Shown: positions 39,529-49,520 of the stretch, piece by piece | Layout of the letters: every line of letters begins with the position of its first letter | How positions within the stretch are numbered: position 1 is the first letter of the stretch | Assembly: GCA_030447525.1 (NCBI GenBank) | Contig: JAUJOR010000013.1 | Span: 39,981 to 103,980, forward strand | Direction: 5' to 3' | Source: Chloroflexota bacterium | Lineage (GTDB): Bacteria; Chloroflexota; UBA11872; UBA12225 | Length of the DNA: 64,000 bases | The notes under the pieces: generated by a model | Told to the model about the DNA's origin: nothing | Databases searched by the model: none | The model's input: the letters and a program-made list of their open reading frames with translations, nothing else | Made by a program: the position numbers and the translations under genes

Positions 39529-40661
39529 CCCTGTCTGTAACCCCCGGCACGCCTTCGGGCCTCTCCTGGAATGGCCAGCCGCTGGAGGTCTGGGGCGTGC
39601 GCGTCGCCAGCGCCGCGGCCAGGGATGCCTGGACGGACGCCTTGATCGGCCAGCTTGATAGCTACAACTGCTATGGGGTGAACGCCCTGACCGTCTTCTA
39701 CCAGGGCTCGTCCGGCGGGAGCTTGCAGGCCTTTTCGCCGGATGGGCGGGAGGTAGACGCCGGTGTGCGCCGGCGGATGGAGCGCCTGATCCAGGAAGCG
39801 GCCTCGCGACGGATGATTGTGGTGGCCGGCATCTTCTACCAGGCCCAGGCGTGGCGCCTCGACCCGGAGAATGGCCCCTGGCTGGAGAGCCGCGAGGCAT
39901 ATCTACGAGCGGCTGAAACGGTGACCCGCCAGCTCCAGCCGTTTGACAACGTGATCGTCAACGTCGTCAACGAGTTCAACGTGGGGAGCTGGCAAGGCTG
40001 CCCCTTCCCGGCCAACACCGTGGACGGCGTGGCCGAGCTGTGCGCTGCCGTCAAGCGGGCCGATCCACGGCGCCTGGTGGGAGGGGGCGGCGTGCATCGC
40101 GGCCCGCTTGACGCGGGGAACGTGCCCCTCAGCACGCGTCCCGAGCTTGACCTGGTGCTGTTTGACTGGCACGGCACGTCCGAAGAAGCCGTCGCGGCCT
40201 ACCGCGCCGCCGGCAGCGACAAGCCATTGATGAACGTCGAGGTCTTCGGCGGCCAGGGGCAGGGGTTCGCCGAGGTAGACGACGGCCCGGCGCCGGGCCA
40301 GAACCTGTCCTGGCCCGGCTGGGGCCGAAGCACCCCGCGACAGGCCCCCCCGGGCCGGCGGCGGCTACAGGGCGTCTTCCCACCCGGCCGGATCGAGGGC
40401 ACCCACAAGGGCAAGCAAGACTTCCTGGCCGAGGTGGCGTTTGCCGCGCGCACCCCCGGCTTCTCGCTCTTTGGCCACTTCCCCGGCTGGTACCAGGGCC
40501 CCTCGCGGGATGCCTCGTTCGACAATCGCTTCGACCTGGGCGGCCAGGGGACGCCCGAGGATCCCGGGATCCGCTGGTACTTCAAGGCGGTGGCGCAAGC
40601 GCGTGCAGACAGACCTCAAGCACGTGCGGACATACCTAAGGAGGAGCAAGCACGCCGATGA
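39525..40661 (+). CDS. Hypothetical cytoplasmic (beta/alpha)8 glycoside-hydrolase-like protein (clan GH-A pattern)
   Basis: VVNEF (acid/base-like NE) and PLMNVEVFG (nucleophile-like E) at the expected spacing. No signal peptide. GTGA overlap with the upstream stop. Confidence 0.45.
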   Translation: MTLSVTPGTPSGLSWNGQPLEVWGVRVASAAARDAWTDALIGQLDSYNCYGVNALTVFYQGSSGGSLQAFSPDGREVDAGVRRRMERLIQEAASRRMIVVAGIFYQAQAWRLDPENGPWLESREAYLRAAETVTRQLQPFDNVIVNVVNEFNVGSWQGCPFPANTVDGVAELCAAVKRADPRRLVGGGGVHRGPLDAGNVPLSTRPELDLVLFDWHGTSEEAVAAYRAAGSDKPLMNVEVFGGQGQGFAEVDDGPAPGQNLSWPGWGRSTPRQAPPGRRRLQGVFPPGRIEGTHKGKQDFLAEVAFAARTPGFSLFGHFPGWYQGPSRDASFDNRFDLGGQGTPEDPGIRWYFKAVAQARADRPQARADIPKEEQARR

Positions 40662-41983
40662 ACGTCACCCGCCGTACTATCGTTCGCTGGGGCGTCCCGG
40701 CAGGCCTCGCGGTCTCAGGGGGCACGCTGGCCGCCTGCGGCGCCGGCGCCCAGGGGCCCGGAGGCGCCCCGGGGGACTCGGCCGCCGAGGCGGGGCGTCC
40801 GGCGCGCCCCAACGTCACGTTGGAGTACTGGAGCCGGTGGGGGCCCCCGACGTCGGAAGTTGAGGACAGGCGCGTCGCCGAGTGGATGACCGCCAATGCC
40901 CCCACCAAGGTGGAGCGCACCTCCATCGACCCGTACATCGATAAGCTCAACGCCGCCTTTGCCGGGGGCGCCGGGCCGGACGTCTATACGGTGGGGGGGA
41001 GCGGGATGCCCAACTTCGCCAGTAAGGGCGCCGCCCTCCAGCTGGGCGGCTACCCCGCGGTGCAGAAGGAAGTGCCGGACTTCTTCCCCGCCACCATCGA
41101 GGCCAGCAAGTACCAGGGTAAGCACATCGCCATGCCGTACATCCTGGACGTGCGGGCGATGATCTATCGCAAGGACTTCATGCGCGACGCTGGCCTCGAC
41201 CCGGACCGCTTTCCGGACACCTGGGAGCAGTTCCGCGACGCCGCGCGGCGCCTGACCAAGCGTGACGGCGGGGCGCTCCAGCGCGCCGGGTTCGACGTCC
41301 CCAAATCCGGCTGGAACGCCCATGACCTGTTCATGCTCCTGACCGAGATGGGCGGCGAGCGCGTCTTCTCGCAAGACCTCTCCCGGCCCACCTTCACCGG
41401 CCCGGCCGGTCGCCAGGCCCTCCAGCTGATGGTAGACCTGGTGAACAAGGACCAGGTGGACGGCTTTGACCAGCCCAGGCCCCCGTCTGGGAGCAACGGC
41501 ATCGTGGCCGGCACACAGGCGGTGGTCTGGGCGTCGGCCGGCCCGGTCAACGTCGCCCGGCGCGTGGCGCCGGAGCTGCTGGGGCAGATCGGCAGCTCCC
41601 CCATCCCCAGGCTGGCCCAGCGCTGGACGCTCCTGGGCGGGACGTGGCTGATGGTGAACAGCAAGCCCAGGGACGTCAATGGCTCGGTAGACCTGATGCT
41701 CTACCTCACAGCCGCCAAGCATGCCGACGACATCACGTCGGTCCAGAACGCCGTACCCCCGCGCAAATCCGGCGCCACCTCCCCCTACGTCACCGATCCG
41801 CTGATCAAGACCTTCTACGACGCCGTGTCGCACGCCTGGGCCTACCCCAACCATGCCTTGTACACGGACATCCGCGAGGTCATCGTCAGGGAAGTGGCGG
41901 CGGCGATCAAGCAGGAGAAGGGCGTCCAGGCGGCCCTGGACGACGCCGCACGGGGGACGCAGGAGTACCTCGACCGCCGATGA
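40658..41983 (+). CDS. ABC-transporter substrate-binding lipoprotein
   Basis: MNVTRRTIVRWGVPAGLAVSGGTLAAC (Tat-like plus lipobox). RBS AAGGAGGA. ATGA overlap with the upstream gene. Confidence 0.85.
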   Translation: MNVTRRTIVRWGVPAGLAVSGGTLAACGAGAQGPGGAPGDSAAEAGRPARPNVTLEYWSRWGPPTSEVEDRRVAEWMTANAPTKVERTSIDPYIDKLNAAFAGGAGPDVYTVGGSGMPNFASKGAALQLGGYPAVQKEVPDFFPATIEASKYQGKHIAMPYILDVRAMIYRKDFMRDAGLDPDRFPDTWEQFRDAARRLTKRDGGALQRAGFDVPKSGWNAHDLFMLLTEMGGERVFSQDLSRPTFTGPAGRQALQLMVDLVNKDQVDGFDQPRPPSGSNGIVAGTQAVVWASAGPVNVARRVAPELLGQIGSSPIPRLAQRWTLLGGTWLMVNSKPRDVNGSVDLMLYLTAAKHADDITSVQNAVPPRKSGATSPYVTDPLIKTFYDAVSHAWAYPNHALYTDIREVIVREVAAAIKQEKGVQAALDDAARGTQEYLDRR

Positions 41984-43041
41984 TCCGTCTGGCCTTGCTC
42001 GGGGCCGGCTACGCCGGCCGCATCCAGCTCCAGGGCTGGCGGACCATTCCCGGGGTGCAGGTGGTGGGCCTGTGGAATCGCACCACGGAGCGGGCCCACG
42101 ACCTGGGCCGGGAGTTTGACGTCCCCGTCTACCAGGACGTGGAGGCCCTCATCGCCCGCCCCGACGTGGACGCGGTAGACGTCGCCACCGTCTTCGAGAC
42201 GCATCGGGATCTGGCTCTCAAGGGAGCGGTGGCCGGCAAGCACGTACTGTGTCAGAAGCCCCTGGCGCCCACCTATGAGGACGCGGCGGCCATCGTCGAC
42301 GGCTGCCGGCGGGCCGGCGTGCGCCTGATGGTGAACGAGAACTGGCGCTGGCGCCCCTGGTATCGCGCCGTCCGCGCGGTGCTCGACCGCGGGGCGCTGG
42401 GCCGCCCGTTCGCCCTGCGATTGAGCCTGCGTACCGACGCGGCCGTGGCCACGCCGGATCGGCCGCCCGATCGGCTCTTCGCACAGCAGCCGTTCATGCG
42501 CACGATGGATCCGCTGATCATGATGGAGATCGGCCCCCACCACTTCGACGTCGTCCGCTACCTCTTCGGCGACCCCGGCGGCGTCTACGCCCGCTCGCTG
42601 CGGGTGTCTCCCCATATCGCCGGGGACGACGTGGCCGTGGCCCTGCTGGAGTACCCCGACCGCAGCGCCATTGTGGAGCTCTCCTGGCACGCCATTGGCT
42701 ACACCGCCGACCGCGAGAAGCGCCTGCACCCTGATGAGCTGCTCATGGAAGGCACCGAGGCCAGCCTGGTGGTGCCGGAGGACGGCCAGGTCCGCCTCGC
42801 CTCCCGCGACGGCCGGCGTGAGGTGGTGCCGGTAGACACCACTGACGGCTATCGCCGCAGCTGGCGTGACGCCCTGGCCCACTTCGCGGCCTGCCTGGAG
42901 TCGGGGGCGCCGTTCGAGACCCCCGGCGAGCACAACCTGGAAACCTTGCGGCTGGTATTCGACGCCTACGAGTCCGCTCGCTCGGGGCAGCCGGTGCGCC
43001 GGGGAGCGCCGGCTGCCCTGCCGGCCGGAGCCCCGGGCTAG
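41980..43041 (+). CDS. Gfo/Idh/MocA-family oxidoreductase
   Basis: MIRLALLGAGYAGRIQL..., ...CQKPLA... ATGA overlap with the SBP stop. Confidence 0.88.
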   Translation: MIRLALLGAGYAGRIQLQGWRTIPGVQVVGLWNRTTERAHDLGREFDVPVYQDVEALIARPDVDAVDVATVFETHRDLALKGAVAGKHVLCQKPLAPTYEDAAAIVDGCRRAGVRLMVNENWRWRPWYRAVRAVLDRGALGRPFALRLSLRTDAAVATPDRPPDRLFAQQPFMRTMDPLIMMEIGPHHFDVVRYLFGDPGGVYARSLRVSPHIAGDDVAVALLEYPDRSAIVELSWHAIGYTADREKRLHPDELLMEGTEASLVVPEDGQVRLASRDGRREVVPVDTTDGYRRSWRDALAHFAACLESGAPFETPGEHNLETLRLVFDAYESARSGQPVRRGAPAALPAGAPG

Positions 43042-43145
43042 GTCTCCAGGAGACCTGCCGGTCAAGGCCGCCGATCGTCTCCCGGCCCGACGCGGCGTCG
43101 ACGCCCGCCGTCGCCTCTACTGGGACGCCGGGCCCGTGGCCGCCG

Positions 43146-44192
43146 CTACGGCGTCGGGAGCTTCACCACGCTGCGCGTGTCGCTCGCCTCGTAGAGCGCC
43201 AGGATCACGTCCACGGCAGTGCGCGCGGACTCCCCGGTGATGAACGGGTCGCGGTCCTCGTCGATGGCCTCGATCAGGTCGCGGGCGTGGAAGTCGTGCC
43301 CCTGCGGCGCCGCCAGCTGGTCGGCCGTGACCGCATCCGTTCCCCGCGGGGCGATCAGGTGGGAAAGGTCGACGTCCTGGCCGTTGCGCTCGATGAGCGG
43401 CTGCGCACCGCCGAGGATGACGTTGCCCTCCGTGCCGTGAATCCCGATGTGACCCGGGAGCCCCTTGCGCGACGAAGAGGTGGCGAACAGCACCTGGCCC
43501 AACGCCCCGTTGGCGAAGCGCAGCGAGCCGACGATGGTGTCCTCGGCCTCGATATCGCGCGCCAGATGATCCCAGAAGCCGGCGACCTCCACCACCGGCT
43601 GGCCCACCAGCCAGAGAAGGAGATCCATGGCGTGCACGCCCTGGTTCATCAGGCAGCCCCGGTCGAGGGCGATCGTCCCTCTCCAGTCGGCGGTGAGGTA
43701 GTACTCCGGCGCGCGGTACTCCTTGCCCGAGAGGTCGGCGTAGAGCACGCGCCCCAGCTCCCCCTCGTGGATCATGCGGCGCACTTCCTGGTTAAACACG
43801 CTCGTGCGTCGCTGGAAGACGCAGCCTAGCTTTACGCCCGCCTGGCGTGTCGCCTCGATGGCGGCATCCATCTTCTGGCGCGTGATGTCCAGGGGCTTCT
43901 CCGAGAGGACGTGCTTGCCTGCCTGGGCCGCACGCTGGATGATCTCGGAGTGCAAGCCGCTGGGGACACAGACGCTGATCACGTCTATGTCCTCGCGCCC
44001 CAGGAGCTCGTCCAGGTTCGTCGTCGCCAGCTCCGCGCCGAACTGCTCGGCGAGCTTCTCCGCACGTTCCCCGATGACGTCACAGACCCCGATCAGCTGC
44101 GCCCGCTCCCCGTTTGCCAGCACCGACTTGGCGTGGTTGGGGGCGATCACGCCGCAGCCCACGATCCCCCAGCCGTACGTCTTCCTGGTCAT
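43146..44192 (-). CDS. Gfo/Idh/MocA-family oxidoreductase
   Basis: YGWGIVGCGVIAPNHAK, VLSEKPL, 348 aa. Confidence 0.9.
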   Translation of the reverse strand: MTRKTYGWGIVGCGVIAPNHAKSVLANGERAQLIGVCDVIGERAEKLAEQFGAELATTNLDELLGREDIDVISVCVPSGLHSEIIQRAAQAGKHVLSEKPLDITRQKMDAAIEATRQAGVKLGCVFQRRTSVFNQEVRRMIHEGELGRVLYADLSGKEYRAPEYYLTADWRGTIALDRGCLMNQGVHAMDLLLWLVGQPVVEVAGFWDHLARDIEAEDTIVGSLRFANGALGQVLFATSSSRKGLPGHIGIHGTEGNVILGGAQPLIERNGQDVDLSHLIAPRGTDAVTADQLAAPQGHDFHARDLIEAIDEDRDPFITGESARTAVDVILALYEASDTRSVVKLPTP

Positions 44193-44222
44193 CAGATGTC
44201 CTCTCTGCAGCTCCGTCGTAGC

Positions 44223-45014
44223 TCACAGCGTCTCGCAGTAGGCGCGCCACTTCAGCAGGCCCGTTTCTGGGGCTTCCGTCTCGTTTATCTCGTACTCCAG
44301 GGCGATGTCCCCACCATACGCGGCCCGATCAAGCTCGTCCAGGAGCCATCGGGCGTCGATCTCCCCCTGGCCCAGGTGGACGCGCTGCCACGAGCCGTCC
44401 GCCGCCCGCCGCCCATCCTTGAGGTGGACGTGGGTCACGTGGTCCTTTAACGTTTCCCAGGCGGCCTTGTAGTCCACGCCGTGTTGGGCGCAGTTGCAGG
44501 GGTCGTACAGCACGCCGAAGTGCCGGGAGCCGACCTCCCGACAGAGCTCCACCATCGCCGGGGCGTCAGACGAGAGGCCCCCGTGCGTCTCGATGCCCAG
44601 ATACAGGCCGCGCTCCTCGGCCTCGGCGGCCACTCGGCGGAAGAACGGGATGAGGGCGAAACCCGTCTCCCGGCTGCGGTCCTTCCCGGGATGGATGCGC
44701 AGCGAACGCGCGCCCAGGCGCACGGCGGCCTCCATACCGCGCCGCGCCGTGTCCAGTTCCGCCTCCGTCTCCTCTTCAGTGGCCGGCAACGGGCGCCCGT
44801 AGTAGGTGCCCAGATTGGCGACGCGCACGCCGCTGGCATGCGCCGCCGCCTCTATCTCTCGTACTTGACCATCGTCGGGCGCGGGTGGAAAGTGCGGCTC
44901 GGCGCCGAGCAGATCGACCTTGGCAAAACCGGCGTCGGCGATCACTCGCAGGGCCTCGCCCAGGGGGCGCTTGCGCAGGGGGATAGAGCAGACGGAAATG
45001 CGGCTGAGATCCAT
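44223..45014 (-). CDS. Sugar phosphate isomerase/epimerase (xylose-isomerase-like TIM barrel)
   Basis: MDLSRISVCSIPL...AGFAKVDLL..., ...YLGIETHGG..., ...DIALEYE... The start was chosen at the internal Met (45014). Confidence 0.85.
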   Translation of the reverse strand: MDLSRISVCSIPLRKRPLGEALRVIADAGFAKVDLLGAEPHFPPAPDDGQVREIEAAAHASGVRVANLGTYYGRPLPATEEETEAELDTARRGMEAAVRLGARSLRIHPGKDRSRETGFALIPFFRRVAAEAEERGLYLGIETHGGLSSDAPAMVELCREVGSRHFGVLYDPCNCAQHGVDYKAAWETLKDHVTHVHLKDGRRAADGSWQRVHLGQGEIDARWLLDELDRAAYGGDIALEYEINETEAPETGLLKWRAYCETL

Positions 45015-45150
45015 GGATTGCTCGTGGGTACCTCCGGGGGCATAGGGTATAGCAGGGCATCGCTTCCACGACAGGGCCCGCATTGCCTGAGACGGCCCCA
45101 CCGCGCAGGGTAACGTAAGCCATGCTCCGGCCAGGAGCAGAAAAGGAGAC

Positions 45151-46392
45151 TTGATGGACATGAGATACGTAGATCAGCCGGGCCGTCCCCGGGCGGCGAT
45201 CTCCCAAGGTGGCGTCCTTCAGGGCGCTTCGGCCCAGGCGACGGCTGGCCCCAGAACCGCCCCGGCCGTACAGGCCCGGCAGGGCGGACAGACGGTGGCC
45301 TATGTTGGGGCATACACCGACCGGGGCAAGGGCATTCACCTGTTTCACGTCCACCGGGGGGACGGTAGCCTGATCCCCTGGAAGACCGTAGAAGGCCTCC
45401 CCAATCCGTCATCTCTGGCGTTTGATCCGGCGAAGCGCTATCTCTACGCGGCGAATGAGATAGACAGCTTCAATGGCTCAGAGAGCGGCTCGGTGACGGC
45501 CATGTCCGTGGAGCAGTCCACCGGCGACTTGAAGGTCCTTGATGTCGTCAGCTCCCAGGGCACCGGTCCCGCCCACCTGAGTGTCCATCCGGCGGGGAAG
45601 TATGTCTTCGCGGCCAACTATGGGGGCGGCAGCGTGGCCGTACTCCCCATCAAGTCAGACGGGTCGCTGGGCGACGCCACCGACGTGCACGCCATCAGCG
45701 GTCCGCTGGGGCCGCAGCCGGCGCAGGATGCCCCCCCCGGCAGCTTCGCCATCAGCGGCCACGACGCGCCCCACGCCCACATGGCTCAGACCGACCCGGC
45801 CGGCAAGTATTTCCTGGTGAGCGATCTCGGAACCGACCGCGTCTACATCTTTAGGTTCGATACCGCGGCGGGCAAGCTGACGCCTCATGATCAGCCCTTC
45901 GTGCAGGCCGCTCCAGGAGCGGGGCCGCGCCACTTCGACTTCCATCCTCACGGGCCTTGGCTCTACTCGCTGAACGAAGAGGCGTCTACCCTGGACGTCA
46001 TGGCCTACAACGCCCCGGACGGCTCGCTGACCATTCAGCAGACTCTCTCCACCTTGCCCGAGGGCTACGCGGGCACCAACTTTCCCTCGGCCATTCACGT
46101 CTCGCAAGACGGGCGCTTCGTGCATGCAGCCAACCGGCTCCACGACACGATAGCCATCTTTTCGGTCAACGAGGCAACAGGCACACTCACCGCTCGTGGG
46201 CACGTCTGGACGCGGGGGAGCTATCCGCGCCACTTCGCCGTCGAGCCGTCCGGGAGGTTTCTCTACGTTTGCCATTCCCGAAGTGACAACGTCACCTCGT
46301 TCGGCGTGAATCGGGACACGGGATACCTGGACTTCACCGGCAAGTTCACCGCCGTGGGAAACCCTTCGGAGATCGTGTTCCTGGCCCTCTAA
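45151..46392 (+). CDS. Lactonase, 7-bladed beta-propeller family (6-phosphogluconolactonase-like)
   Basis: Repeated blade motifs: PSSLAFDPAKRYLYAANE, GPAHLSVHPAGKYVFAANYGGGSV, GPRHFDFHPHGPWLYSLNE, YPRHFAVEPSGRFLYVCH. Confidence 0.85.
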   Translation: MMDMRYVDQPGRPRAAISQGGVLQGASAQATAGPRTAPAVQARQGGQTVAYVGAYTDRGKGIHLFHVHRGDGSLIPWKTVEGLPNPSSLAFDPAKRYLYAANEIDSFNGSESGSVTAMSVEQSTGDLKVLDVVSSQGTGPAHLSVHPAGKYVFAANYGGGSVAVLPIKSDGSLGDATDVHAISGPLGPQPAQDAPPGSFAISGHDAPHAHMAQTDPAGKYFLVSDLGTDRVYIFRFDTAAGKLTPHDQPFVQAAPGAGPRHFDFHPHGPWLYSLNEEASTLDVMAYNAPDGSLTIQQTLSTLPEGYAGTNFPSAIHVSQDGRFVHAANRLHDTIAIFSVNEATGTLTARGHVWTRGSYPRHFAVEPSGRFLYVCHSRSDNVTSFGVNRDTGYLDFTGKFTAVGNPSEIVFLAL

Positions 46393-46634
46393 GACTGCTT
46401 ATCGGGTTGGGGTTCTGTCTCCTCTACATCGCTGGGTCGGGACAGCCCGGCCGGACGCGGGCGATACGCCCCTTTGCCCCCGGCTGAAGGCGGCGCTCGG
46501 GTGTGGCGCGCCGTGTAGAATACGGCCGCTGCGCCGCGTGGCAGCGCAGGTGTCCCCTTTCCTCTGCCGGAGCATTGACGCCGTATGGTGAAACCTCAGA
46601 AACTGCCGCGCACTTGCCGGGGAGCACGCCGGCG

Positions 46635-47435
46635 ATGATCGCCCCTACCGTTCTAGACACCTTTCGCCTCGACGGCAAGGTCGCCCTCGTGACCGGCGCG
46701 AGCCACGGTATCGGCGAGGCCATGGCGGTGGCCTTCGCCCAGGCAGGTGCGGACGTGGCCATCGCCGCGCGTAATGAGGATGATCTGCAGCGGGTGGCCG
46801 GCCGGATCGCCGGCGCTGGGCGTCGCGCCGCCGTGGTGCCCACCGACGTGGCCGATGCGCCGCAGCTGCAGCGTATGGTGGCGCGTGCCGCCGAGACGCT
46901 CGGCGAGCCGGACATCCTGGCCACTGTGGCCGGCACCACGCTGCGCAAGCCGATCCTGGAGGTCACCCCGGAAGAATGGGACCGCCTGCTCAACGTGAAC
47001 CTCCGTAGCGTGTACTTCGCCGCGCAGGCCTTCGCCCGGCGTCTGGTGGACCGGCAAGCCGGCTACGGCAAGATCATCAACATCGCCAGCATGACCAGCT
47101 ACCGTGGCTTTGACGGCAGCTCGGTGTACGGGGCGACGAAAGCGGCCGTAGTCAACCTCACCAAGATGCAGGCCGTGGAGTGGGCGCCCTATGGCATCCG
47201 CGCCAACGCCATCGCTCCCGGCTGGATCGACACACCCCTCACCGCCAGCATGACCGCCTCCCGGCGCCGGTGGGTGGAGGAGCACGTCCCCCAGGGCCGC
47301 TACGGCTCCCCGGAAGAGCTCGCCGGCATGGCCCTTTACCTGGCCAGCAGCGCTTCAGACTACTGCACCGGTCAGACGTTTGCCGTCGACGGGGGCTTCA
47401 CCGCCGGCAATCCCTGGCCGTCTTTGCCGGGCTGA
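46635..47435 (+). CDS. SDR-family oxidoreductase (gluconate 5-dehydrogenase / KduD-like)
   Basis: GKVALVTGASHGIGEAMA, NIASM, YGATKAAV (YxxxK), IRANAIAPGWIDT. Confidence 0.9.
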   Translation: MIAPTVLDTFRLDGKVALVTGASHGIGEAMAVAFAQAGADVAIAARNEDDLQRVAGRIAGAGRRAAVVPTDVADAPQLQRMVARAAETLGEPDILATVAGTTLRKPILEVTPEEWDRLLNVNLRSVYFAAQAFARRLVDRQAGYGKIINIASMTSYRGFDGSSVYGATKAAVVNLTKMQAVEWAPYGIRANAIAPGWIDTPLTASMTASRRRWVEEHVPQGRYGSPEELAGMALYLASSASDYCTGQTFAVDGGFTAGNPWPSLPG

Positions 47436-47465
47436 GTCTTCGCCGGCGCCGCGGAGGGAATCCCT

Positions 47466-47564
47466 GCCGGCCGGCGAGGCTGACGGCCGGATGGATGTCA
47501 GAGGTTGCGCCACCATCACCTGGCCGCTCGGCAGCCGGCCGGTGAGGCTGACGGCCGGGTGGAG
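47466..47564. repeat. Two 30-bp imperfect direct repeats (28/30) with 69-bp period
   Basis: GCCGGCCGGCGAGGCTGACGGCCGGATGGA (47466-47495) and GCCGGCCGGTGAGGCTGACGGCCGGGTGGA (47535-47564). They lie upstream of the mannonate-dehydratase-like gene. Confidence 0.9.
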
Positions 47565-47613
47565 CAGCTCGTGATCGCCACCCAGCTGGACCAACATTGA
47601 GGAGACGTCGCCG

Positions 47614-48597
47614 GTGCAGTTGATGGATCAGCTCGGCTGGGATGCGGTGACCGACGAGCGCCTGCAGTTCCTGCGTGCCGTCGGCGTGGACAGCCTGCTG
47701 CTCCACCTCCCGCCAGAGATGGCGGACGGCACTGACCGTACCGGGGAGTTCCGGGAGATGAAGCGGCGGGCGGCAGCCCACGGGCTGACGCTGGGCGTGC
47801 TGCACCTCCACCAGCTCCCCAAGGACGCCATCGTCTTCGGCCAGCCGGGCCGGGAGGGGCAGCTGGAGCGCTGGCTCGCCGTGCTGCGCGCCGCCGGGCG
47901 GGCCGCTATCCCCATTGCCGGGACTACCTTTCTCGCCGTGGGGCACTTCCGTACGACTCGCGTCCAGGGGCGCGGGGGGGCGCGCTACCTGGTCTTCGAC
48001 CTGGAGCAGGCCACGGCCGACCCGGGCAGCAATCTCTTGAAGATGGCTACCCTGCCGGAGCGCTACCGCCGGTCCGGGATGCCCGCCGAGGAGCTCTGGG
48101 ACAACTTCTCCTGGTTCTGGGAGCGCGTCGTGCCGGCGGCCGAAGAAGCCGGCGTCCGCCTGGCCCTGCATCCCGATGACCCGCCCACGCCCGTACCTCT
48201 CGGGGGCGCGGCGCGCATCGTGTCCAGCCTGGAGCATTACCGTCGCATCTTTGACCTGGCCCCCAGCCCGGCCAACGCGATGCTCTTTTGCCAGGGCTGC
48301 GTCGCCGAGATGGGGGTAGACGTGCGAGACGCCATCCGCCAGATGGCTGCGCTGGACAAGATTGCCCTCGTCCACTTCCGCAACATCCGGGGCACGCCGC
48401 AGCGCTTCGCCGAGGTGTTCATCGACGAAGGGGACGAGGACATGCTGCTGGCCATGGAGACGTACCGGGACGCCGGCTTCCGCGGTCCCTATCTCCTGGA
48501 CCACATGCCGGAGATGCCGGCGTCCTACGACGCCTGGCATGCCCGCGCCTACGCCAACGGCTACATCAAGGCCCTCTTGCAGGTGGTGTATCGATGA
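47614..48597 (+). CDS. Mannonate dehydratase (UxuA)-family protein
   Basis: 327 aa. ...VRLALHPDDPP..., ...LVHFRNIRG... These are typical of the UxuA xylose-isomerase-like fold. Confidence 0.75.
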   Translation: MQLMDQLGWDAVTDERLQFLRAVGVDSLLLHLPPEMADGTDRTGEFREMKRRAAAHGLTLGVLHLHQLPKDAIVFGQPGREGQLERWLAVLRAAGRAAIPIAGTTFLAVGHFRTTRVQGRGGARYLVFDLEQATADPGSNLLKMATLPERYRRSGMPAEELWDNFSWFWERVVPAAEEAGVRLALHPDDPPTPVPLGGAARIVSSLEHYRRIFDLAPSPANAMLFCQGCVAEMGVDVRDAIRQMAALDKIALVHFRNIRGTPQRFAEVFIDEGDEDMLLAMETYRDAGFRGPYLLDHMPEMPASYDAWHARAYANGYIKALLQVVYR

Positions 48598-49451
48598 GAC
48601 TGAACCCCGTTATCGCCCGGCTGGAGCGGGGCGAGCCCGCCTTCGGCTGCTTTCTCCAGGGCGGCTCCGTACCGGACGCCGTGTGGGGCGCCGGCTCCCC
48701 CTACGACTTCGTGGTCTACGAGATGGAGCACGGTCCCTTCAACGTCACCGACTTGCGGGTCTCGCTGCAGTTCATGTTGGACCGCCGGGAGATCGCCGAG
48801 TCCGGCGACATCGCCCCGCGCGTCGCCCCGCTCGTCCGCGTCCCGGTCAATGGGCGGGAAGGGACGCAGTGGATCGCCAAGCAGGTGCTGGACCAGGGCG
48901 TTTACGGCATCGTCTTTCCTATGATCAACACGCCTGAGGATGCTGTGGCCGCCCTGCGGGCCTGCCGCTATGCCCAGGCCCTGGGGGCCGCCGACCGCGA
49001 GCCGGTGGGGCAGCGCGGTCACTCCCCCGCCGGTGCCTCGCGCTATTGGGGGCTCTCTATCCTGGACTACACCGATAAGGCGGACGTCTGGCCCCTCGAC
49101 CCCCAGGGAGAGATACTCCTCTGCCTCCAGTGCGAGCACATCGAGGCCGTGGAGAACCTGGAGCGAATCCTGGATGCCGTGGACAACAAGCCGGGCGTGA
49201 TCCTGATCAGCGAGAAGGACCTCTCGGTCTCCATGGGCTACCGCAGCCTGTTTACTCCTGAGGTAGCCGAGGCGGTGCGGCGGGCGGCGGGTATCTGCCG
49301 CCGCCGCGGTGTACCCTTCGGCTCGCCTCAAGTTGAGGCGCAGAACGTGGCCCAGCGCCTGGAGGACGGCTGCTCGCTGTTGATGCCCCTGAACCCGCGC
49401 GATCTGGAGACAGTCCAGCGGGGGCGCGCCCTGGCCGGTGGGGGGCGCTAG
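48594..49451 (+). CDS. HpcH/HpaI-family 2-keto-3-deoxy-acid aldolase
   Basis: DFVVYEMEHGP, VRVPVNG, GVILISEKDLSVSMG. ATGA overlap with the upstream stop. Confidence 0.82.
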   Translation: MRLNPVIARLERGEPAFGCFLQGGSVPDAVWGAGSPYDFVVYEMEHGPFNVTDLRVSLQFMLDRREIAESGDIAPRVAPLVRVPVNGREGTQWIAKQVLDQGVYGIVFPMINTPEDAVAALRACRYAQALGAADREPVGQRGHSPAGASRYWGLSILDYTDKADVWPLDPQGEILLCLQCEHIEAVENLERILDAVDNKPGVILISEKDLSVSMGYRSLFTPEVAEAVRRAAGICRRRGVPFGSPQVEAQNVAQRLEDGCSLLMPLNPRDLETVQRGRALAGGGR

Positions 49452-49520
49452 TGGTGAGCAAGGATGGGGCATCCGGGGGGCGGCAGGTGACGCGCACGTG
49501 GGCGGCGCAGGAGGTGGGCC

